DNA from: Nitrosopumilaceae archaeon | Lineage (GTDB): Archaea; Thermoproteota; Nitrososphaeria; Nitrososphaerales; Nitrosopumilaceae | Direction: 5' to 3' | Assembly: GCA_965209085.1 (NCBI GenBank) | Contig: OZ242376.1 | Span: 1,280,001 to 1,344,000 of the forward strand | Length of the DNA stretch: 64,000 nucleotides | Shown: positions 9,854-19,854 of the stretch, one piece after another | How the letters are laid out: the number at the start of each line of letters is the position of its first letter | Position numbering within the stretch: position 1 is the stretch's first letter | The notes under the pieces: generated by a model | The model's input: only the letters and a program-made list of their open reading frames with translations | The model's database searches: none | Told to the model about the DNA's origin: nothing | Made by a program: the position numbers and the translations under genes

Positions 9854-11025
9854 GGGGGCTCTGTCCACGAATAAAATCCAAAACATACCATAAAGCTTTT
9901 AGATCATGAACGTAAACGACCGAAAAAGCTTTGGATCAGTAGATCAGAGCCAATTTAATGAAATCAACAAAGCACAACCGACGAGGAAATCTTGCCAGAT
10001 CACACCAAATGTTAACCTAGATTATAATGAAAGCAAAAAATCAATGGTAAATCCATGGAAACAATCAGTTAGGACAACACGGCTTTGATCCCATGGGAAT
10101 GACTGTGTATTACCCTAAAGACAATGCAACAACTGTCATACGATGAACTCGCAGATTATCTTGAAGATTCACCACGTTTACTATCAATACTGGGCTTGAA
10201 AAGAGTGCCGTCAAGGTCGGCGTTGCAGGTAGCATTTACTAGAATTGATGAGCATTTCATCACATGGATGATAAATTCTGCGAGCTGACATGGAATGAAA
10301 GGTACATTGTACTGGGATTCTACAGGAATTGCAATAAACGGGCATAACACGTGGCTTTATGCAAAAAATGGATCAAGGTACAGACTGGATTATTGCAAAT
10401 TGCATATTGTAACTACTGAAAACAGCATAATCATATCATATCATATCATATCATATCATATCCTATTACACATGCACGATGCCATGATGTACCAATATGA
10501 GCAAATATGTGGCACTGCCGCACGGTTCCAGTCATGTGATGCTTGATGCAGCATACCCTACACGCAACATGTGCATGCTCATAGAAAAGACCAGACAAAT
10601 TCCTGTAATAATGCCAAGAAAAGGTGTTCGCGTACGTGGATTTGACGCAATGGGCAAAAGATGGCATCGTGATAATCCTGATGAATTTCTATCCATATAC
10701 TACAAACGTAGCAACGTAGAGGCTACGTTTTCATCCATGAAGAGAAGGTTTTCATCCACTCTGAGTGCCCGCAAATTTGCAACACAGAAAATTGAATTGG
10801 GCTTCTTTGTCTTGTGTTATAATATTCACATTCTAGCTGCCGCAGTTTAGATTCTGACACTTTGTGTCAGATACTATCTAGCGTATGCTATACTCTAAAA
10901 CCCAATATTTGCAATACTGGCAAGATGAGCAGGGCTTGATGATGTTGAATTGGTGGACATGTTGCATGATTTTGAATGAATTTGATCGGATTTTTATAAA
11001 AAATGCTCATTCATGGAGAGCTGCC
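9854..11025 (+). mobile_element. Degenerate IS5-like insertion sequence; transposase in frameshifted pieces (~9906-10850)
   Basis: Fragments WDSTG, KLHI, LDAAY, YYKRSNVEATFSSMKR; imperfect ends GGGGGCTCTGTCCACGAAT / revcomp GGCAGCTCTCCATGAAT. Confidence 0.75.
10431..10460. repeat. Pentanucleotide tandem repeat (TCATA)x6
   Basis: Directly visible inside the IS5-like transposase pseudogene. Confidence 0.95.
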
Positions 11026-11046
11026 TATACCCAATCTTTAAAATAA

Positions 11047-12063
11047 ATGAAAAATAATAGTAGAAATATAATGCGACGCACACGTAATATGGCTCAAACT
11101 CCGATCACAGTTGGTAGCATGTTTGCAGGTATAGGTGGAATCGATCTTGGATTTACAAGTGCAGGATTTACCATAAAATGGGCCAATGAGATCGATGATA
11201 AGTCATGTGCAACATATTCCAAAAATTTTGATCATAAAATGATGTGTGGTGATGTTACCGATCTAAAAACAGTGCCAAAAGTAGATGTCATTACTGCGGG
11301 TTTTCCGTGTCAACCATTTTCCATCGCGGGTAGAAAAATGGGCTTTGAAGATAATAGAGGTACTTTATTTTGGGAAATTTCTCGAATAATAAAATCTGTA
11401 AGACCAAAGGCTTTTCTTTTAGAAAATGTAAAAAATCTGAAAACACATGATCATGGTAGAACATTTAGCATAATATGCGATACATTGGAAAATGAACTAG
11501 GATACAGAGTATTTTCAAAGATTCTCAATGCTAAAAATTTTGGCGTTCCTCAAAATAGAGAAAGATTGGTTATTGTAGGATTTAGAAAAAATACAAAAAT
11601 CGATCATTTTGATTTTCCAGATTTAAAAATCAAGAACGTTAAATTGAAAGATGTCATGGAAAAAAATGTACCAGTTAATTTTTTCATATCAAAAAAACGA
11701 TATATTGGAATGAAAAGACACAAAAAAAGACATGAAAGCCTAGGTCATGGATTCGGATATCGTATATTAGATAAAAATGGTGTTGCTGGAACCATTGTTC
11801 TTGGAGGTATGGGTAAAGAGAGGAATTTGGTAATAGATAAAACATCATTTAGAAAATTAAAAAATACTCCAGAAATTGAATCAAAAACCGAAGATGCGGT
11901 AAGATATTTGACACCTAGAGAATATGCAAGATTGCAAGGGTTTTCAGATAATTACAAAATACCTGTTGCCAATATTTGGGGTTATAGACAATTTGCTAAC
12001 TCGGTGCCAGTCCCTATGATCAAAGCTGTTGCATGTGAAATGAGAAATTCACTTTGTGCTTAA
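11047..12063 (+). CDS. DNA (cytosine-5)-methyltransferase
   Basis: FAGIGG, GFPCQPFS, ENVKN, PQNRER, RLQGF, NSV motifs. Confidence 0.95.
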   Translation: MKNNSRNIMRRTRNMAQTPITVGSMFAGIGGIDLGFTSAGFTIKWANEIDDKSCATYSKNFDHKMMCGDVTDLKTVPKVDVITAGFPCQPFSIAGRKMGFEDNRGTLFWEISRIIKSVRPKAFLLENVKNLKTHDHGRTFSIICDTLENELGYRVFSKILNAKNFGVPQNRERLVIVGFRKNTKIDHFDFPDLKIKNVKLKDVMEKNVPVNFFISKKRYIGMKRHKKRHESLGHGFGYRILDKNGVAGTIVLGGMGKERNLVIDKTSFRKLKNTPEIESKTEDAVRYLTPREYARLQGFSDNYKIPVANIWGYRQFANSVPVPMIKAVACEMRNSLCA

Positions 12064-12719
12064 GATCTATATGCATATCCTGGACCTCCATCATGTTTTG
12101 GACCCATCCATTGTATGTCCATTCCTTTATCCCTTAGATATCTCACCGTTCTTGGCCAATCCCGGATGCCGCTTATCACAGCAAGTTTTGTTGGACTAAT
12201 TATCTTATTTTTTTGTGCTTTGAAATAAATTTCTAATTTTTTCATTCCAGTTGATTGTTCTTGCACGTTTTTCATTATCTCGATCTCCTCATCTGAAAAG
12301 AAATCACGTTTTCCATGATTGCACATTGAGCATAAAGTCCAAAGGTTTTCGATTTGATTAGGATCTCCATTTTTCTTATCCCATATATTCACAGGTATTT
12401 TATGATCAACCTCCAATTCTACATTAGGCGAGGATTTTCCACATTTTTGGCAAGTACTTTCATCTCTAGCCAGTATCAGGTATCTAGTTTTTTGATTAAT
12501 AGATTTTCTTTGAATACCTGATTTTTTTTCTAATGAATATAGAACATATCCTTTATTATTTTTTGATTCTATATCCCACCCTTCTTGTCTTAAAGTTCTA
12601 AGTACTCGTGCCCAGTCACTTATACCAACATTATTTCTTATTGTGTTATTATCAACAATTTTTCCAACATTATTTTTCAACATATCGAGTATTTTGTCTT
12701 TGCTAGATGGTTTTCTCAA
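12060..12719 (-). CDS. HNH endonuclease flanked by two wHTH-like repeats; putative restriction endonuclease
   Basis: CQKCG..LEVDHKIP..NLWTLCSMCNHGK; duplicated 'GI(S/R)DW.R..R.LR..G.DI' motif; convergent with the MTase. Confidence 0.85.
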   Translation of the reverse strand: MRKPSSKDKILDMLKNNVGKIVDNNTIRNNVGISDWARVLRTLRQEGWDIESKNNKGYVLYSLEKKSGIQRKSINQKTRYLILARDESTCQKCGKSSPNVELEVDHKIPVNIWDKKNGDPNQIENLWTLCSMCNHGKRDFFSDEEIEIMKNVQEQSTGMKKLEIYFKAQKNKIISPTKLAVISGIRDWPRTVRYLRDKGMDIQWMGPKHDGGPGYAYRS

Positions 12720-12956
12720 TATTCATTTTTAAAATATTTGTCATAAAACACTCGTACAGATATATCTACACGTATTCACTAAAAATAATTTGACTATATG
12801 TATAGACAGACACGTATATCATTAGATATGTAAAACAAAAATATCAATAGGGTCATTTACTAGAATAATGCTAGAATCATACGAATGGTTATCACCAATT
12901 TCTTCTATCACATTCCACCAATTAATTAATATCTAACATATGGAATTTAGATATCT

Positions 12957-13541
12957 ATGGGATATTCACATCATTGGGAAACTAAACAATTGATCCCCGA
13001 TAAAACATTTTCTTTAATACTACATGATGTTAAATTAATTCAGAAACCATTATTTGATATTGGGATTCCATTAGCTGGTCCGGATGGTACAGGGGATCCA
13101 ATTTTTAATAATGATGTGATATCATTTAATGGAATTGATAAATGCGGTCATACGGCAAAAGATCTTTTTTTAGCATGGCCATCTAAAAATGCACATGGAA
13201 TCTCTCTAGATAAAATACAACATGTACCCTCGGATACGCAAATTGATGCTAGAACATGTAATGGTAGTTGCATGTACGAATCATTTATTTTTAAAAAATA
13301 CAATCAATGCAGATCTCGAGAATTAAACTATGACGATTTAATATGTTTTAATTCATGTAAAACAGCTTTTAGACCATATGATATCGCAGTCATGACTATT
13401 TTGATAATTGCGAAACATTATCTAATTAACGATATACGAGTTATTAGTAATGGAGACATTACAAAATGGCATGATGCAATAATGATCGTAAATCATTTTT
13501 TAGAATATGGGAATGATTTTAAACTTGACAATAATGCTTGA
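12957..13541 (+). CDS. Hypothetical protein (MGYSHHW start; Cys/His-containing)
   Basis: 194-aa AT-rich ORF with CKTAFRPYD motif, a pattern I associate with uncharacterised phage/island proteins. Confidence 0.65.
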   Translation: MGYSHHWETKQLIPDKTFSLILHDVKLIQKPLFDIGIPLAGPDGTGDPIFNNDVISFNGIDKCGHTAKDLFLAWPSKNAHGISLDKIQHVPSDTQIDARTCNGSCMYESFIFKKYNQCRSRELNYDDLICFNSCKTAFRPYDIAVMTILIIAKHYLINDIRVISNGDITKWHDAIMIVNHFLEYGNDFKLDNNA

Positions 13542-13605
13542 ATCCATCATGCATTATAAATTGTGGATTATAAATTTAATTCCCCCAACCATTATTGGCC
13601 AATAA

Positions 13606-13830
13606 TTGAAGAAAGCGCTCAACATATTCAAATTTGCAGAAATCATTCAAAACAAGTCAAATGCGCGACAGTTTCTGTATGATGCATTTGATAAAAAGAA
13701 AACTATCCTCTGCCCACATTGTCGCTGCAAGGATTACTATACAATGACCAAGAGTTATCTACGGTGTACAAAATGCAGAAATGATTACAATCCACTCTAT
13801 GGCACATGGATTTATGAAATACGAATAGAT
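13606..13830 (+). pseudogene. IS1595-like transposase N-terminal Zn-ribbon fragment
   Basis: CPHC...CTKCR..YNPLYGT resembles the IS1595 N-terminus; joins directly to an IS66-like fragment. Confidence 0.5.
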
Positions 13831-14273
13831 GCGGCAAAATACGAGACATTGTATAAAGATCCGACGATGTGTGCATCGCATACGAGGTTACAATGGATAT
13901 ATTTTGATGCAAAAGCTAGGAAAAAAGCAAAACCAGAAGAATGTGATCTGCTGGTACAGGATGTCTTGACAATCGCATAATCCTACAAAAATGCTGGAAA
14001 ACAGTTTGGAGTAAAACTTGCCAATGCCGCACCCAATTTGTTTACATTCTTGCAGCATCTTGGAATGGCACCTACAAACAATGCAGCCGAGCGTGCAATA
14101 CGTCCTGTCGCACTATATCGCAAGGAAAAGGGAGGGCTGAAAAATGTAAAAGGCATGAGAAGGCTTGGCGTCATTCTGACCTTTTATGAGACCATGCGTA
14201 TGAGAGGCATCAATCCTCACACAGAATTGGTTAAAATCCTCTCAGAGAGGAGTTTGTAGGGCTAACCATTTAC
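13830..14273 (+). pseudogene. IS66-family transposase C-terminal fragment with right end
   Basis: PTNNAAERAIRP motif; end ...CCATTTAC (revcomp GTAAATGG, IS66-type GTAA terminus). Confidence 0.8.
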
Positions 14274-14307
14274 CTCAACTGTGCAATCGGTTTTTATGAG
14301 ATAAGAG

Positions 14308-15093
14308 ATGATTTACGCCACGGATACCTTACATGCAAAGATACTCGAGTCCATAAACGACGTCTGCGCCTCTAAAGAGGATCACATTGCGGTGGCATTT
14401 TCAGGAGGGGTTGACAGCTCACTATTAGCTGCAATATGCAGTGATGCAGGGTATAAGATTACTCTCCTTACGGTAGGATTTAGAGGATCACATGATGTGG
14501 AATTTGCATCCAAAGTAAGCAAAGAGTTGAACATGAAATGCAAAACACTGATTGTGGATGATGAGTCATTTGAGCAAATATCCAAGACTGTAATACTCAA
14601 GGTGCCAGAAGATAATATTTCATGGATTGAGAACTGTATTGCATTTTATTATGTCGCATCTTTGGCAAAAGATCTTGGCATATCAAAAATACTTACTGCA
14701 AACGGAATAGATGAGCTTTTTTGCGGATATGATGCATACCGCCGCATGGAGGATCAAAGTGAGGGTGCGATATTATCCGCAATGGATGCAAAAATAAAAA
14801 ACGAATTAAACATGGTGCAAAAAATCTCAGATATAGTGTACGGTATGGGCGTAAAAATAGTTCAGCCCCTGCTCTCGGAGAAATTTATCGCGTATGCAAG
14901 AGAACTTCCGCTAGAGTGCAAAATACGCGGTCCGGATGATATGCTGCGCAAACATGCAATAAGGGATCTTGCGTTAAAAATTGGCGTTCCTGAGATCTCT
15001 GCTAAAAAACGCAAAAAAGCGCTCCAATACGGAACCCTGATACACAAAAATCTGATAAAATCTAAATCTTTTTCCCGGTCGCGTGCAAGGTAG
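14308..15093 (+). CDS. Asparagine synthase C-terminal domain (PP-loop) protein
   Basis: AFSGGVDSS, GIDELFCGY, RKKKALQYG. Confidence 0.85.
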   Translation: MIYATDTLHAKILESINDVCASKEDHIAVAFSGGVDSSLLAAICSDAGYKITLLTVGFRGSHDVEFASKVSKELNMKCKTLIVDDESFEQISKTVILKVPEDNISWIENCIAFYYVASLAKDLGISKILTANGIDELFCGYDAYRRMEDQSEGAILSAMDAKIKNELNMVQKISDIVYGMGVKIVQPLLSEKFIAYARELPLECKIRGPDDMLRKHAIRDLALKIGVPEISAKKRKKALQYGTLIHKNLIKSKSFSRSRAR

Positions 15094-16423
15094 ATTTTAC
15101 CACACTGCCGATTATGCGCGAGGATGCGCCAAGATGTTTCTGAGGATCAAAGATAGAATCAAGATCCCCCGAGGTTAGCTTTGAGGATATTTTTTTGTCG
15201 CGCTTTAGCGCATCAAGGTATTCGCTTTTGGATTCTGCAGCCTCAAAGGCAACCCTCTGTACGTCCCTGTATGCATCCATGCGCGGCATGCCTTTTTTTA
15301 TCAGCGCCTCTAGTACGAATTCGGCAAATATCTGCCCTTTTGTAACATACAGGTTTTCTTGTATGCGTTTTGAATTTACTTTGAGGTTTTTGAAAACCCG
15401 GATCATTGTATGGAGCATTTCATCGCATAGGATAATCGTCATAGGAATAAGAAATCTCTCGTTTGCAGAATTTGAGAGATCCCGCTCATGCCACAAGGGT
15501 ATGTTTTCAAGCGAGAGTTGTACCTGGGAGCGCAGTATGCGGGCAAGTGAGGATACGCGTTCGCTCTTTGTAGGGTTTCTTTTTACCGGAACAGCGCTGC
15601 TGCCCATCTGCCCGCGTGCAAAATATTCTGCAACCTCGCCAATTTCGGTTCGCTGCAGGTTGCGAATTTCAACGGCCATTTTATCCAGTGTTGTGCCAAC
15701 TAGCGCAAGTGAAAAAACAAATTCGGCATATCTTTCCCGCGGCACAACCTGTGTTGCCACGCGGATTGGTTCAAGTCCGAGTCTTTTTGCTGCAAGTTTT
15801 TGAACGAGTATTGAATTTGCACCCATTATGGAACCGGTTCCCACAACGCCCAGTGTTTTGCACACAAGTGTCCGCGGGCGCATTTGTTTTACACGTTGCA
15901 TGTGTTTTGCCATCTCCTCAGCCCAGTTTGCAAATTTTAGTCCAAATGACATGATGCTTGCATGCTGGCCGTGCGTTCTTCCCACTGCCGGCAGTTTGGC
16001 GTGTTTTAACGCCATGGATGCCAAAGTTTGTGCAAGAGTACTCATCTTTGGCTCTATTATGTCCAACGAGTCCCTCATCTGAAGCGAGTTGCTAGTATCC
16101 ACAAGATCGTTGCTTGTAAGACCGTAATGTACCCAGGGGCGCGCCTGTTTTGGGCAGCGCTCTGATAGCGCCTGAACCAGTGCTGCAGTGTCATGATCCG
16201 TTACAGATTCAATCTGTTTTACCCGCGATGCGGTTATTTTCCCGGATTTTGATGCAGATAAAATTGCACGCCCTGCCCCCTTTGGTATTATGTTCAAACT
16301 AGCCTGTGAAATTGCAACAGCCCCCTCTATTTGCAGCTGGTAGTTTATTTTTTGTTGTTCATCAAAGATTGCCAGCATTTCAGGCGTTCCGTATCTTTTG
16401 CCATCTATGGGGAGAATTGCCAT
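15062..16423 (-). CDS. purB: Adenylosuccinate lyase
   Basis: HYGLTSND, GRTHGQHA, GSSAVPVKRNP; true start MAILPID at 16423. Confidence 0.95.
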   Translation of the reverse strand: MAILPIDGKRYGTPEMLAIFDEQQKINYQLQIEGAVAISQASLNIIPKGAGRAILSASKSGKITASRVKQIESVTDHDTAALVQALSERCPKQARPWVHYGLTSNDLVDTSNSLQMRDSLDIIEPKMSTLAQTLASMALKHAKLPAVGRTHGQHASIMSFGLKFANWAEEMAKHMQRVKQMRPRTLVCKTLGVVGTGSIMGANSILVQKLAAKRLGLEPIRVATQVVPRERYAEFVFSLALVGTTLDKMAVEIRNLQRTEIGEVAEYFARGQMGSSAVPVKRNPTKSERVSSLARILRSQVQLSLENIPLWHERDLSNSANERFLIPMTIILCDEMLHTMIRVFKNLKVNSKRIQENLYVTKGQIFAEFVLEALIKKGMPRMDAYRDVQRVAFEAAESKSEYLDALKRDKKISSKLTSGDLDSIFDPQKHLGASSRIIGSVVKSTLHATGKKI

Positions 16424-16510
16424 ACAGTATATGTGGACATTATTGAAAATAAACCTACTTGCCGCCATCCTATATGATTTAAATTGGATACGGACGCCTT
16501 TTGACGCGTA

Positions 16511-17965
16511 ATGTACCACGGTGTTGCACCAAAAAAGGTTGGAGATACAGAATATGTCATAGAGCCAAACGCTGAAAATAAAATGAATGTTCCCGTTAGA
16601 ATATTTGCCGATGAGCAGCTCTTGTCCAAAATGCTCACGGATCGCACCATAATGCAGGCTACAAACGTTGCAGCAATGCCAGGAGTTGTGGGTCATGTGG
16701 CAGTGCTCCCCGACGGACATGAAGGGTATGGATTTCCCGTGGGCGGAGTTGCTGCAATGGACGCAGAGGAGGGTATGATTAGTCCCGGCGGCGTAGGATA
16801 CGACATAAACTGCGGAGTCCGATTGCTGCGCACCAATTTGGATGAGAAACAAGTTCGTCCCCGTCTTAAGGAACTTGTAACTGATTTGTTTTCCAGCATA
16901 CCCTCAGGAGTCGGCTCCAAAGGCGCCATAAGGCTCAGTTCTTCAGAGCTTGACGAGGTTCTCTCAAGAGGAGTAGGATGGGCAATGGATAACGGTTACG
17001 GACAAAAAGGCGATTCAGATGTATGCGAGGAAAACGGCCATATGAAAAACGCGGATCCGCATACGGTTTCAGATAGGGCAAGAAAACGCGGTGCGCCGCA
17101 GCTTGGAAGTTTGGGTTCGGGCAATCACTTTCTAGAGATACAAAAGGTGGATGAGATTCACGACAAAGATGCCGCAGCCAAGATGGGAATAACTCACACA
17201 GGACAGATTACTGTTCTGACACACTGCGGTTCGCGCGGACTTGGCCATCAGGTATGCAGCGATTATCTGCGCATTTCAGAGCAGGCTCTTGGACGTTACA
17301 GAATAAATCTTGCAGATAAGGAGCTTGCATGCGTTCCAAACGGTTCAGATGAGGGCGAATCATACAGACGTGCAATGTTTTCAGCGCTAAACTATGCGTG
17401 GGGTAACAGGCAAATGATCTCCCACTGGACACGCAAATCATTTGAGCGCGTCATGAGATCATCTGAAAGTGATCTTGGTATGGATCTTGTATACGATGTA
17501 TCGCACAATATTGCAAAAATTGAAGAGCACCGCATAGACGGCAGACGGCGCCGCGTAGTGGTGCACAGAAAAGGGGCCACACGGGCGTTTCCTTCCGGCA
17601 TGGACGAGGTGTCTGCAAAATACCGCTCTATCGGACAGCCAGTATTCATACCAGGTTCCATGGGAACTGCAAGCTGGATACTAATTGGAAAACCCGGTTC
17701 CATGGAGCACACATTTGGGTCCACGGCGCACGGAGCTGGCCGTACAATGTCCCGCTCCAAAGCAAGGCGCCAGTACACCGAAGAGGGAGTCAAAAAAGCG
17801 CTAGACTCTAACGGAATTTTTGTAAAATCACTCACCCGCGAGGGCGTAGTGGAGGAAGCGCCCGGCGCCTACAAGGATGTGGATAAGATAGCAGAGATTT
17901 CGCACACAATGGGAATTGCTACAAAGGTTGCAAGGCTTGTTCCAATTGGAGTGATAAAAGGTTGA
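16511..17965 (+). CDS. rtcB: tRNA-splicing ligase RtcB
   Basis: PDGHEGYGFPVGGV, DINCG, GNHFLE, HRKGAT, HGAGR, EEAPGAYKD. Confidence 0.97.
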   Translation: MYHGVAPKKVGDTEYVIEPNAENKMNVPVRIFADEQLLSKMLTDRTIMQATNVAAMPGVVGHVAVLPDGHEGYGFPVGGVAAMDAEEGMISPGGVGYDINCGVRLLRTNLDEKQVRPRLKELVTDLFSSIPSGVGSKGAIRLSSSELDEVLSRGVGWAMDNGYGQKGDSDVCEENGHMKNADPHTVSDRARKRGAPQLGSLGSGNHFLEIQKVDEIHDKDAAAKMGITHTGQITVLTHCGSRGLGHQVCSDYLRISEQALGRYRINLADKELACVPNGSDEGESYRRAMFSALNYAWGNRQMISHWTRKSFERVMRSSESDLGMDLVYDVSHNIAKIEEHRIDGRRRRVVVHRKGATRAFPSGMDEVSAKYRSIGQPVFIPGSMGTASWILIGKPGSMEHTFGSTAHGAGRTMSRSKARRQYTEEGVKKALDSNGIFVKSLTREGVVEEAPGAYKDVDKIAEISHTMGIATKVARLVPIGVIKG

Positions 17966-18357
17966 GCGCCGATGATGAGCTTGAAAGGCTAAATGCAAGG
18001 CGTCTTGCAGAAATGAAAAAAAACATGGCACAAAAAGAGCATACCAGCCAGGAATCCAAAAAACCCCAGAAAACTCCCAGGGATGTTTTGATATCGCGTC
18101 TTGGATATAGGGGTCTTGAAGTTTTAGAGAATGCAGAATATCAGTATCCCCAACAGGTTCCGTTCATAATCATAAAAATTGCAGAACTGATAAATTCAGG
18201 TGAGATGCCCGAGGTGATGGATGGCGGCGGATTGTTGTCACTGTTTCGCGCCATAGGATTAAACGTGCACATGGATACAAAGATAAACGTGGAAAAAGAC
18301 GGCAAGTTTGTATCACTTTCTGAAAAACTTAATACTTCAAAAAAAGATGATGTGTAA
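17962..18357 (+). CDS. PDCD5-like dsDNA-binding protein
   Basis: N-terminal DDELERLNARRLAEM motif. Confidence 0.65.
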   Translation: MSADDELERLNARRLAEMKKNMAQKEHTSQESKKPQKTPRDVLISRLGYRGLEVLENAEYQYPQQVPFIIIKIAELINSGEMPEVMDGGGLLSLFRAIGLNVHMDTKINVEKDGKFVSLSEKLNTSKKDDV

Positions 18358-18666
18358 ATGACCATATCCATACAGGCCAGCACGACTACGTACGAGGAAG
18401 ATTCCATACATGTGAAAAAAGCGATTGCAAACATGTCATCATTGTGCGGAGATCCGTCAGGATATGAGATAGGCAAACCGTCCACCAAATTTGGATGGAC
18501 GTTTTACACGATACATTTGGAGAATGAATTGTTTTTGGGAATAAAGTCAAAGTTTGGCGACATGATAAAAAAAGGCCGCAACGATGACGAGGGATTTATT
18601 TATTTTATGACAGAGTATCTTGAAGCGCGAAATATCAAAGTTAAACTAAAACTATTGTCAAACTAG
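18358..18666 (+). CDS. Hypothetical protein
   Basis: Abuts the previous ORF; 102 aa. Confidence 0.6.
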   Translation: MTISIQASTTTYEEDSIHVKKAIANMSSLCGDPSGYEIGKPSTKFGWTFYTIHLENELFLGIKSKFGDMIKKGRNDDEGFIYFMTEYLEARNIKVKLKLLSN

Positions 18667-19250
18667 ACTCTTCTGCCACGTTTGCCGCCTTTTTTACGCG
18701 TTGTATCATGGGGTATTGGCGTAACATCGTCTATGCGTCCGATTTTAAATCCGCCTCTTGCCAAAGCACGTATTGCAGCCTGCGCTCCAGGTCCTGGAAC
18801 TCTAGAACCTACTCCGCCCACGGCCCGGACTCGGATGTGAAATGCCGTAAATCCCTTTGTACGCGAAGATTCTATTACAGCGTTTGCAGCTTTCATTGCA
18901 GCAAACGGCGATGACTCGTATCTGTCTGCTGTCACATGCATTCCACCGGAGCTAATCGATACTGTTTCAGCACCGGTAAGGTCAGTCATGTGGATAATTG
19001 TATTATTGTAACTGCTAAAGATGTGGGCAATTCCCCATTTTTCCTTTGTTTTTGTCGGGTCACTTTCATCGGATTCAGGTTCTGTCTCATTTAGAATGGA
19101 TTCGGCAGTTTCACCCTCCTCCATGATTGATTCAACCTCTTGAGGCTTGGCCACTTTTGGATCTTTCAAGACTTGGGGTTTGGCTATTTTTGGATCTTCC
19201 AAGACCTGTGGCGTTACATTTTCAGTTGAATTCGAAGTTGTCTCTGACAC
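18663..19250 (-). CDS. rps11: 30S ribosomal protein S11 with acidic N-terminal extension
   Basis: [36 protein letters not shown]. Confidence 0.96.
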   Translation of the reverse strand: MSETTSNSTENVTPQVLEDPKIAKPQVLKDPKVAKPQEVESIMEEGETAESILNETEPESDESDPTKTKEKWGIAHIFSSYNNTIIHMTDLTGAETVSISSGGMHVTADRYESSPFAAMKAANAVIESSRTKGFTAFHIRVRAVGGVGSRVPGPGAQAAIRALARGGFKIGRIDDVTPIPHDTTRKKGGKRGRRV

Positions 19251-19567
19251 TGTAATTTTGGCTCAAATAGGGTCTTAAATAACGTTTCATTAAGACTTTA
19301 TCGGCAATTATGCTGTTCCTGTAATTCAAAGCATGCCTATAGGAAATCAGGCTTGTTGCATTATCGTGATCTATCTATGCTTGAAATACGGATCTGTAGA
19401 ATTGAGGGGTTGAGATGATGCCATATATGCAATCGATCAGTTATGAGTAAAAATGTACAAAATCATCACTTGTGCCATCTTTACCCACATTTTCATTTAT
19501 TGTGTAAATTCTAGGCACAACGGGACATCTAAAAAATATATAGATGGTATAAAGTAAAAGTATCAAG

Positions 19568-19660
19568 ATGACATCAGAGCAGGATAAAAAACTAGACGAG
19601 GCAATGGACAAAGTACTAGACAGGTATCATATGGTATTTGAAAGATTATCTAAAATGTAA
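19568..19660 (+). CDS. Putative 30-aa Doc antitoxin (MTSEQDKKLDEAMDKVLDRYHMVFERLSKM)
   Basis: Translated by hand; TAATG overlap with the Doc-like gene; C-terminus resembles Doc-binding antitoxin helices. Confidence 0.55.
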   Translation: MTSEQDKKLDEAMDKVLDRYHMVFERLSKM

Positions 19661-19841
19661 TGTCACCTAATTTTATTATTTCAATTCATAAAAAAATCCA
19701 AAAACGTTTTTCGATTACTGCAGGTATAATGAGTCATGGGAATTTACAAAATGTTGCAGATATGCCAGACAGATATGTTAATGGTGTGGAACAATTTGAT
19801 ACAGTATTCAAAAAAGCTGCATCCTTGACCGAATCTATTAT
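19660..19841 (+). pseudogene. Fic/Doc-family toxin truncated by an IS3 end
   Basis: IISIH...GNL...VFKKAASL..SII typical of the Doc N-terminal half; the HPF..GNKR motif is missing at the IS junction. Confidence 0.65.
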
Positions 19842-19854
19842 TGGTGCGGACCCC

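Noticed and set aside
16424-16852. 596-aa version of purB in the ORF track
   Set aside because: The extension overlaps rtcB on the opposite strand; PurB similarity starts at MAILPID (16423)
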